A stretch of 34,889 bases of DNA. Source: Amoebophrya sp. A120. Its lineage: Eukaryota > Protista > Dinoflagellata. The stretch spans positions 4,428,249-4,463,137 of the forward strand of contig CAJINV010000002.1 of NCBI GenBank assembly GCA_905178155.1, read 5' to 3'. How positions within the stretch are numbered: position 1 is the stretch's first letter; the number at the start of each line of letters is the position of its first letter. The position numbers and the translations under genes were made by a program. Under the pieces are notes generated by a model. It did no database searches. It was not told the DNA's origin and saw only the letters and a program-made list of their open reading frames with translations. Of the stretch, positions 1-9,600 are shown piece after piece.

Positions 1-712
1 GCTGAGGCCTTTCGGGACAAGGTACTTACAAAATCACCCGGGGCGCGCTAGGGTACAGAATTGGGCAACCGGGCTAGGGCATAAAACTCGAGCAGGGCGC
101 AGAATTCGCCAAATCGGGCTAGGGTACAAAATTAGGCAAATCGAGATAGGCTACACAGTTTGGAGAGGGTACAGAATTAGCCAAATCGGGCGAGGGTACA
201 AAATTAGGCGTGTCGGGTGAGGGTATAAAATTAGGCGAATCGGTGTAGGGCACAAAGTTGGCTACTCCGCGCCGCCCTTGAAAGAGGAGCTTTGGCCCCC
301 GTGGTGCTGCTCTTCGCTAGACAAATATAAGCCCTGTCCGAGGGCGCAAGGTGAGGCCTTTCGGGGCAGGGTACGTACCTACAAAACTGCCCGGGGTGCG
401 CTAGGGTACAGAATTGGGCAGCCGTGAGAGGATACAAAATTCGAGCAGGGTGCAGAATTTGCCAAATCGGGCTAGGGTACAAAATTAGGGAAATCGGGAC
501 AGGGTACAAAATTCGGGGATGGTACAAAATTGGCCAAATCGGGGTAGGGTACAAAAGGAGCCGATTCGGGTGAGGGTATGAAATTAGGCGAATCGGGGTA
601 GGGTACCAAAGTGGCCAAACCGCGCAGCCTCCGACGGGAGGGCTTTGGCTCCCGCGGTTCTGCTCTTCCGACGCTAGACAAAAATAACCCCTGCGGCCCC
701 ACCAAACCCCTG
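1..712. repeat. Satellite/minisatellite of ~30-bp units (GGGTACAAAATT(A)GGCnAATCGGG) nested in a ~350-bp higher-order repeat
   Basis: Many degenerate GGGTACA(A/G)AATT...AATCGGG units. The block TGAGGCCTTTCGGG...GCGCTAGGGTACAGAATTGGGCA occurs at ~3 and again at ~352. Runs off the window start. Confidence 0.85.
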
Positions 713-932
713 CTTTATATATATTTATGAAGGTGCACTGAAGCTGTAGTGGGTGGAACTTCTACTATGTCCTGCTCGATCTTCATCTTTTTCTCTCCTT
801 TCATTTTCTTTTTGGAGCTGTGCTATTGTGTACTGCTAGCACGGACGAGTTGTGCAACTACTAAAAACCCGCAGACAACGTAGTTTTGTGCCCTATTTCC
901 GTCAAGAGGAAGTGAACAGAACAAAATTACAG

Positions 933-3042
933 CTCGTCAATGATTTTTTCGTCACGCGCGCGTCGGCCCTGGTACAGAGCGGAAGTGGAGGGCGGACGGC
1001 CAGTGAGATAAGGGAAATGGACGAAATGCTGGGCAACATGAACTACAGCACCGAGCAAGACGATGAAGAGGCCTTCATTCAAGCCTATCCAACATGACAG
1101 ATTTTTGGGCTCGACGGAGGGAATTTTTGTTCATATGTTCATGCATGATTCTTAATGTTGATGTGCCACTGCCGGTGGGGGTACTTCTTAGTTCCGGCGA
1201 GACTTTGCAAGCAATAGCAAGCGGAGCAAATAAACCAAAATAAATGGAATTATGCACCCAAAAAATTCATCCTCCGGGGTAAGTAGTTCCTTCAAATCTC
1301 CTTCTCCATAAATCCCAAATGGCGTTGTTCCAAGAAATGGACCTCATGGAGCAGAAAACCCGAGAAACCGATACGACCTGCTCAAACGGTACAATCTCAA
1401 ACGTTACAATAGAGTATGGAAATCTGTGATGCAAACGGTGCATGACCTAGCCTCCTCCCACAGCATTGCGCATGACAAGTTCTGGAGTCCCAAACCGCAG
1501 TAGAATCTGGCGAAATTTGTATTGCAGTGTGGGTCTGTCATGAGCATGCTCATCATGCAATACAAAATCCAGATTCTTTTGTAACGCTTGAGATTGTGAC
1601 GCTTCTTGAGCGGGTCATAACCGATGTGAAGCTCGATGATGTCCCGAAGCAGGTCACGCTGCCACACCCCGGAACCTCCGGAACCATGACGGGCGACGAA
1701 AGTTCGGACCCGACGGTTCGGAGCTTTTTCTATGCACTGCAAAGGTATCGTACTAGTATGAATCGCATGACAAATGTCCTTAGAATGAGAAATGAAATTT
1801 GTAATGCGGATTCAGCATAGCAAATGAATTTGCAATGCATGACTGCGATTAATGTTACCAGTGAGATGCTTTTGCAATGCATATTCTATCCCCGAAGACA
1901 AGTCCGAATGACCGGACGGAGTCGCGGGAATCAAGATCTATGAGAGTGCACAACTCCCTCCCCTGATTTGTGTAGCTGCATCCACAGCAATACAAACACC
2001 AGCACGCGTAGTGCTTATGCATGATAAATTTGTGTTCCTAGTGCAGTACTGTTTCGGCTTCGAAATTTGTCATGCAAGCAGTGCCATGAGGCAGCGACTG
2101 GATTCGGGGTTTTGCATTACAAATAAGGGGGAGGTGGACCTGTGCACTGTCATAAGATCGGTCAAAATTGTCGAAGCGGTGATAATATCAAACGCAAAAA
2201 TGCCCGGGTCTGGAAGTAGATTGCGAGATTTGTAATGCTGGTCTGGCATGAGCATGACTCTGAACAACTCTGTGTTGCGTGGCCGGGAAGCGCTCCTCTT
2301 GGCTGTAATGCAAAAACACAGCTTCTCATGCGGAGTACGCAACTTAGAATTACGGAAAAACTTGTCATGCTTTGTAGCGCATTACAGTGTAGTGCTGAAT
2401 ATTCCTTGTCTTGCATCACAAGTTTCCAGACCCAGACACATTTGCAGTTCATAGATAAGCAGCAGTCCAAAGTCCAACATCGCAAACAGTACTGGCGTAT
2501 CCTGTGCAAAAGTATCGTACTCGTATTGGAATCATGCATTACAAATCTTTTTGTTATGTCAAATCTGCATTACAAATTTCATTTCCCATGCTGAGGAAAT
2601 TTGTAATGCGTTTATACGAGTGCGATACTTTTGCAGTGCATACGGCGGGACCATGCTGCAGGAATACCAGGCGAGATTAGCAGAAAGCCGGAAATCGAAT
2701 TTCAAAACAACAGCCGGCAGTAGCGGCGGCAGTAGAACGAACGCAACTCTGCAGAACATAACTTATCCGGAGGGCGAGAGCAAAAACACGGTGGATTTGG
2801 ATAAGGTGATAGAATCTAGTGCGGAGCAAGGCGAGGATTTTAGCAGCGAGATGTTGACAAGTACAGCACTACCAGCAGCGCCAAAGAAATCCCGGGGAAA
2901 GTTGGAAGTGCGGGTGAGCTCGTCACAGGCCGCGGGGGCTGATCGCGCAGGAGGCAGTAGAGCCGCGCCCAGGAATAGTCTCTACACGGCCACGGATCAC
3001 TTCTCGACCCTGCGACACAGTACTATCATCTACCGTTTTTGA
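933..3042 (+). CDS. Hypothetical protein, at least 7 exons, 5' end uncertain
   Basis: Removing six introners (+5 nt each) gives a continuous frame: ..MDEMLGNMNYSTEQDDEEAFIQA|QMALFQEMDLMEQKTRETDTTCSNG|LERVITDVKLDD..TVRSFF|SPKTSPNDRTESRESR|SVKIVEAVI|SSSPKSNIANSTG|GTMLQEYQARLAES..stop 3042. Possible acceptor AG at 931-932. No recognisable domain. Confidence 0.7.
1086..1310. mobile_element. Introner, degenerate TIR
   Basis: TATCC...CCATA, flanks AAGCC/AATCC; removal restores frame. Confidence 0.7.
1390..1598. mobile_element. Introner
   Basis: TIR TACAATCTCAAACGTTACAA / TTGTAACGCTTGAGATTGTG; diverged flanks AACGG/ACGCT; element+5 restores frame. Confidence 0.75.
1731..1883. mobile_element. Introner family A
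   Basis: TIR TATGCACTGCAAAGGTATC / GATGCTTTTGCAATGCATA; flanks TTTTC/TTCTA. Confidence 0.85.
1939..2154. mobile_element. Introner family B
   Basis: TIR TATGAGAGTGCACA / TGTGCACTGTCATA; TSD AGATC. Confidence 0.9.
2186..2453. mobile_element. Introner family C
   Basis: TATCAAACGCAAAAATGCCCGGGTCTGGAA / TTCCAGACCCAGACACATTTGCAGTTCATA; TSD GATAA. Confidence 0.9.
2498..2642. mobile_element. Introner family A
   Basis: TATCCTGTGCAAAAGTATCGTACTCGTAT / ATACGAGTGCGATACTTTTGCAGTGCATA; TSD TGGCG/CGGCG. Confidence 0.9.
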
Positions 3043-3970
3043 TAAAAGTGTTTTTTTTCTGTAAGAAGGTTAGTTTTGGTCGTTCTCATCTCTACAACTA
3101 CGCATGCAGTGAGTGAGTGCCTCGTCTACCTGTTAATATTACCAGCAGCGCAGTAGAAGTGGCAGTACTAAAGAAGATGCAACACAAGATGGGTTTTTTC
3201 AAAAATATCAACAGATTTCATGCAGTATGGATCGTCGCCTTCCCGCATCCGCGAGGTCATCTTCGAAACAAACGAATCAATATCGGATGTGCTTTACGGC
3301 AGTTGAAAAATCTAAAACTCAGGTCGGCCATGGTCCACCGATTTTGCAAAGGCATCTACCATGCAAGAAAGAACATGACTTGGAAGGGGAAATTTCCATG
3401 TTCTTGGAGCGTCTGTTTTCTGTATCCTAAAGTTTTTCTGAGTGACAGCGCTCTGGTGTCGCAACTCATGGCCGCTTGATTTAGATTTTATCCCTGATTT
3501 CCCGAAGCTGTGGAGCGATTCTGTCCCGCTGTTCATCCCCGACGCCACTTCCATCCTCGAGTCCGTCGAAATGGCGTGCGACAGCTCGGTCTTTGTCGGC
3601 GATTTTTTTGCCGCGGTTTTATTGAAACACTACCTGGAAATTTCGAATTTGCCCCTGGGGATGACGCAGAGGGACGCGAAAGCCATGGCTATTCGGAAGT
3701 AAAGATGTTGGATGAAGTAGTGGATTTCGTTTGCAACTTTGAAATTTCACCGTCAAGAACATGCCGCGCTGTTGTTCCAAGCGCAAGTGCTACTTAATCG
3801 CTGACGATTCATCTTCAGCATCACATGCAACCTACAGGTACCTGCACTTCAACTTCCAGAACCTGTTCAAACCGGAAATCGCCGGTGGTCCGAGAGGGCG
3901 GCAACAGCAGTCGCAGATCAGACCTTCCGGGGGCGACTACTGAGTCCTCGGGTTTTCGGTGGTCTATTAA

Positions 3971-4395
3971 GAATAAGGTAACAAGGAATCTAGACGTGAC
4001 CGGGGGGGTCACGCCCGTCCGGCCGGCCGGACGGACGGCACGTGACCGGGGGTCGGTCGTGGCGCTAGGAGGTGGTGGCCGCGGTGGACCGCGCGCCCGG
4101 GCAACTAAAAAAAAAAAAAGGTCATGAGCTCGGTCCTTCACTGAAGAACTGCCTCTCTTCGTCACGCTCCGCCCCCGGTCACGCGGCCGGGGGCTGTTAG
4201 CTAGCTCGGGCGCCCAACTAAAAAATCCGCCGTCGGTGACGCGGCCGGGGGCTTCTAGCTACCGAGGGCCAAAGTTGCTGCGGCATTCAGCGCCGAACTC
4301 GCCCCGAGGCCGGACTACCCCCGGTCACGTGCCGTCCGGCCGGACGGACGGACGTGACCCCCCCGGTCACGTCGAGTTTCCCTGTTACTATATTC
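3971..4395. mobile_element. GC-rich MITE-like element with ~80-bp terminal inverted repeats
   Basis: Left GTAACAAGGAATCTAGACGTGACCGGGGGGGTCACG..GGCACGTGACCGGGGG pairs with right CCCCCGGTCACGTGCC..GTGACCCCCCGGTCACGTCGAGTTTCCCTGTTAC. Internal GTGACC/GGTCAC motifs. No convincing ORF. Confidence 0.8.
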
Positions 4396-5132
4396 TAAAC
4401 ACGCGGAAGATTTTGCTGCGGAAGCGCAGGGGCGAGTTTTTCAAAAACAAGCTTTAGCTCACGGGAACAACATACTTAAAAACAGCATGGAGCTTCGCGG
4501 AGGAAGAGCCGTGTCCACAGCGGAGGAATGTTTATTCATGACGCAAAACGCAACTACTTAGAAAATGAAATCCAAAAGGAGTTCTATCCACAGAGAAGAT
4601 AATAAATTACGCTCACGCAAACAAACTCAGAAAAAATCTAGACATCAGAGAGTTTTAAAGTTACTTTTTGATCACGATAGCGCACACGACGACTGTAGTT
4701 TTTTGTATTTAGATGCACTATACGCATCGCAGTGACAACGCGACGAGTCCGAGAGGAAGAATAATAGGGCACTAGGTGGCCCTTTTCAGCCCATGTTGCC
4801 CCGTTTGTTTTAGATTTTCGGCGTTCCTTTTCAAGGTTCAGAAATGCAAGTAGTGGTCGTATCACTTGTAGTTCCTTGCGATCCTTTTCGGACACCAGAT
4901 GCGTCAATCCGATCTTTTAAATTTTCGTGTGCTTTGTTGAGCAAAGGTTCATGAAGCTCCTCGTGTACAGAAGGTTTTGTAGGTTCTTCGTTGTCTGGAT
5001 CAACTCCACGTGAAAAAGAAAGTACTCGTATATAATTTAGGACCCCACCGGCGAGGACTTTCGCTCACAGAAAAAGACAACAAGTCGGCTTGGAGATAGT
5101 CCGTTAGGTACAGGGTTGATAAAATAGGAAAG

Positions 5133-5893
5133 ATGCGGTCCGTCTTTCTCTCCCTCGTAGCGTCCTCCGCTACGACATCTTCTGCGCTTTTGATGAAGGA
5201 GAAAGCCCAAACGTCCGCCGCTTTCACTTTGAAGGAACAGGAGGCCGCGAAGCAGGGGTTCGGGTTACCGGGATGTGATTTAGACACCTATGTCCGCTAC
5301 AAGGTCACGTTTTGCTCCGGGACGAAGGGAGAGGGCGGAATCAAGCCGTTGAAGAACCCGTACTTTAAGAAGCTGGAAGCGGACGTCAGCGAGTATAAGA
5401 AGGAGGGAAACCGCGAGCTGGGCTGGAAGAAGTGGATGGGGGTAAAGCTAAAGCAGCTACTTTACTACGTGTTTTTGATGTGCATATAATGCTGGTGCAG
5501 TCGGGTATGCATGACAAAACGACATTTTCATGCGTGATCGTGCATTACAAAATCAAAAAGCGAAGTCACACCATGAAAAAATCCAGGACACCATCGTCGA
5601 AAACTCCTTCTCCGTCTGCCACAACGAAATCGGTGCTTTATCCTGTGCAAAAGCATCGTAGTCGTAGTAATTCTTGGAATCATGCATTACAAATCTCTTT
5701 CCTAAGGTGAATCCGCACTACAAACTTCATTTGTCATGCTGAGGAAATTTGTAATGCATTTATACGAGTGCGATAGTACTTTTGCCCTGCATACGCTTTC
5801 GCAAACGGCGACTCCTGCACCTACGAATTTAAAAACGAGGCGGGGCAGGTCATGCCGACGGACGCTGTCAGCTTATTCGGGGTTTCTGTGTAA
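5133..5893 (+). CDS. Small putative secreted protein, 3 exons
   Basis: Signal-peptide-like start MRSVFLSLVASSATTSSALL. GT-AG intron 5442-5586 and introner 5639-5793 give ..KKWMG|DTIVENSFSVCHNEIGA|FANGDSCTYEFKNEAGQVMPTDAVSLFGVSV*. Confidence 0.8.
5639..5793. mobile_element. Introner family A
   Basis: TATCCTGTGCAAAAGCATCG / CTTTTGCCCTGCATA; TSD TGCTT/CGCTT. Confidence 0.9.
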
Positions 5894-6081
5894 GCGGTTG
5901 AGTGGCAGAGCCAGAGACTACATCAGTTTGATGTGATTCTTCAGAAAACTATAAGCTGTTTCGGGTCAGTCGCTATGTAAGATTTTTGGTTTCGGGTTAA
6001 CAAGGTTTGAAGTTTTAGAAATCGAAATGCAAAAAAAAATGGATCTGCGAAAAATTATGATGCGCTACGAAGATGAGAAAG

Positions 6082-6225
6082 GAACTTTGATTACTTTGAT
6101 ATACTGCAATGGTTTGACGAACTGAAACTATTTTCAGAACACATTTGGTCGACACTGAAACTTTGATTACTTTGATATACTGCATTTTCTATGCTTTTTT
6201 ATGATTACTTTGATATACTGCAACT
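6082..6225. repeat. Three copies of TGATTACTTTGATATACTGCA
   Basis: Exact 21-mer at about 6088, 6164 and 6202 in intergenic DNA. Confidence 0.85.
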
Positions 6226-6697
6226 TTCGCACCCGGTTCTCATCTTCATCTCGCGCATCTAAATTTTGCTTTGACAGTTTGCTGCATGTTTAGGGGAAAT
6301 GAAAATCTTGAGCGGCAGCTCAGAAGCGGTTGAGGAAAGGCAACGATTGAGATATATCTGCGGTGATTTAAAAAGCTGAGTGGTCGTGTTCTCGGTATTT
6401 ATGTCCGTTCCCGAAGATGTAATTTGAGGCTTCGCTCTGTTTTTGCTCGTCGCGCGTCTCCTACCACAGTTACTTTCTTGTCAAGATCTGACTCTTGTCG
6501 GTGAAAATGAGACAGAGATCTTCATCTTGTGGGCTACACTGCACGTGGGCCACGTGGTCCTACTCTTTCTGAGCAGCGTAAGTTCTTCTGCGGTTTTTTA
6601 CGTCGTTCTTTTCCCGCTCCACCAGCACGGAAAATTTAGATTACATCACTATTCGGAATATCAATAGCTACGCCTTCTAAAGTCCAATAATACGACC

Positions 6698-9600
6698 ATG
6701 CGGAGGGCGCGTCCGGGCGCCGTGTCGCTCGTAGCGGCCTTTACTGCTCTCACCGATGCGGCCAAATCCCCGGAAACCAACGGCATCGCCAAGGTGCTAG
6801 AAATGCTTGCTGGCATGAAGGAGAAGGCGATCAAGGAACTGCAGGATGAGAAAGTAACCTTCGCCAAATTTTCCCAGTGGTGCGACGACACGAAGATAGA
6901 ATTGGACTCGGCGATAAAGAAGGGCGGTACCATGATCGACGATTATGCATTGCAAAAGGAATATTGCACTAAGTCTAGTAGGAGGTCTCGTGGCAAGATT
7001 TCTAAAGAGGAAAAAATGCAGTTTGTGATGCTGTTTCACCTAAGGTGGGAGATATGTCATGCGCGATTGCAACTAATACGAGAACGAGTGCCGCGATACT
7101 TTTGCACAGAATAACAAATACACCGGGGCAATCGCGATGAACGAAGGAAAGAGCACGGAGCTCGCAAGCGAAATCGAGGAACTCGCTGGTAAAAGAATTA
7201 TACTCTTTCAAAGTTACATGCTTCTTTAAATTTGCATGTAGTGGCGATTTCGATGAAGTTAGAATTTGAGTTTTAGACTCATACATAATGACGATGTGTA
7301 GATGTGGACGCAATGCAAAATTTTTGCTTTTGGCCCTTCAGATACAATATAACACATTTAAAAAATACCAGCTTCCTCCGCCGCTCTGACCGAAAAGAAA
7401 AACGCGGAAGTCGCCCGTCGAGCGGAAGAAGCCTCTGCCAGCGCGAAGATAAAGGCGGAAATCCAGGAAAACATCATCGCGGTGGGCAAGGCGATTGAAG
7501 TTTTGAAGGCCGAACCAAAGTCCGTCGCGTTTACGCAAACGAAAAAGGAGGCTTTGATGCAAATGGAGCAATCTACCGCCATGTCCAGTAGGCAGAAGGA
7601 GATCGTGTCGCTGTTGGTCACAGGTACTTTTGTTTTTCGCGAAGATGAAGTCAAAAGTTTTTAATTATTTTGAATTTTGCAGCATCACATCGAGGGATAA
7701 TTGTCATTAGCTTTGCTTTGTATGGTAAGTTTTTAACTTGTTCAATGGCGCAAAGGGATTTGAACAGCGACATTTTCCTACATGATGTACTTCTAAATCA
7801 AAATTATCCAGGTGTCCCTGCGTACGAGAACCAGTCCGGCGGTGTTATCAAGATGCTCGAGGACTTGATGGACCAGTTCGTCGCGGAGAAATTTAAAGAA
7901 GAGAAGGAAGACAGCATCAAAGCCGCCGCTTCCGACAAGATCGTGACGAATTTAAACGTATCAAATGCAAATACGTCTGGGTCATCTGGAGGAGCAAAAG
8001 GTTTGTCATGCAGCTTTCGCATGAGCCAGAAAGTCTGGAATGCGGGCCGTAGCATCACAAGTTAAAGTTTTGAGAAGGTTTCCCTAACTGTTGAATCCAT
8101 ACGAGAACTCCGCATGAGAATGGCAATCAAAAGAGAGGACTTCTTCTTTTCCTGGTCACGCAATACAGATTTCTGCGTCGATCAGATTTAGCATGACAAA
8201 CTCGAACTCTTCCACACCCAGACATGTTTGCATTTGATAAAACGGCCAGATCCGCTTGGTTGAAGAAGACAAGACCCGCTCTGAGGGCGCCAAGGCAAAG
8301 CACGACGCCGCCGCGGGAAAGGCGAGCGAGGACAAAGCGGACGCTATCCTGAGTAGAAACACCCCTACACCATAGTCAAGTTGATAAATCTGCAACACAA
8401 AAAAACTCAAAGTCATGGGAGTATATGCATGACAGGTTCCTGTCTGCAGCGTAGTGCTGGTTAGCGAGGACAGCCGCATCACAAAGATGGCCCCTTATGC
8501 TGTTTACAGCACCACAAATCCCAGAACACGACTACAATCGCCACGCATGATGCGGATGCGCATTACAAATGATTCTGTGGATGCAAATCTGCAAGACAAC
8601 TAGGGGGTGGGGATGTTTTTACTCAGGATAGACGCGGAAGAGACGCTCGCGAAGAATGTGAAAAACGAAAAGCAGATGTCCGCGACGTGTGCGAAGAAGC
8701 ACGCCGACATGGACGTCAGGACCCAAATATGAAGTGCAAAAGTATCGTACTCGTATAAGTGCATGACAAATTCCCTCAGCGTGAGAATTAAGATTTGTAA
8801 TGCGTATTTACTTTGAGGAAAAACTTGTAACTATGCAAGACTTGCATTTATACGAATGCGATACTTTTGCACAGGATACCAGACCAGAACGGCGGAGATC
8901 GAAGCGATTGGCAAGGCGGCGGAGACTATGATACACAAAAGTTCGTCACAAGGACAATAATCACTCATGTTGCGCATTTTTGCAATACAAACACAAACGT
9001 GTCTATCATGTGCAATAAAAATTCACCTTCACCACATTGTTCGAGTTTCGTACGCGAGTTGCCGTGTGTTTGTTCGCCAAAAGATGAAAAAGCTGTGTTG
9101 GTAGAAAAAATTATCATTCAAAATCTGCACCAAAGCAGTAACTGCGGCGAACTTTTTTCCCTTCCATAGAGACAATCGAAGGCGTTGCCGGGTTGAAGAC
9201 CGCTGCGGGTTTGGTGCAGCAGGCGACCACCTCGTTCCTGCAGCTGTCCGCCAACAAAGTGTTCTCCAAACAGCACTCTTCCGACGTCGACGTCGCGTCT
9301 CTGCTCCGCACCGCGGGCCAGAAGCAACACAGCAAGCGGCTGCAGCTCCTCGCTTTGAAGATCGAGTCCCTTTCGTCCGTCGGCGGGCCGTTTGATAAGA
9401 TCAAAAAGATGATCGAAGACATGATCATGAAGCTAAAGAAAGAATCCGCGGAGGAAGCCGGGAAGAACGCCCAGTGCGTCCAGTTATGCAGTGAAAAAGT
9501 AGGGTAGAAGTGGTACTGGTGGAACTGTTGTCGCATGACAGATCTCCTTTCAGCTAACTTGAATGTGCGTGACAAGTTAAAGTTTTCGTTTTTCTTCCTA

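Noticed and set aside
231-705. Pro-rich minus-strand ORFs (PIWPILYP repeats)
   Set aside because: They are translations of the satellite; no independent coding evidence.
1404-1938. Minus-strand reading or TGA read-through for gene 1
   Set aside because: Applying the element+5 nt rule gives a stop-free plus-strand frame, and the minus frame stops in the next exon.
3117-3943. Overlapping short ORFs that might be a decayed gene or transposase
   Set aside because: No recognisable motif, and no consistent frame or strand could be established.
4638-5040. Minus-strand ORF pieces with a HEPLLN string reminiscent of a GIY-YIG C-terminus
   Set aside because: No GIY/YIG motifs and the frames are broken; too weak to call.
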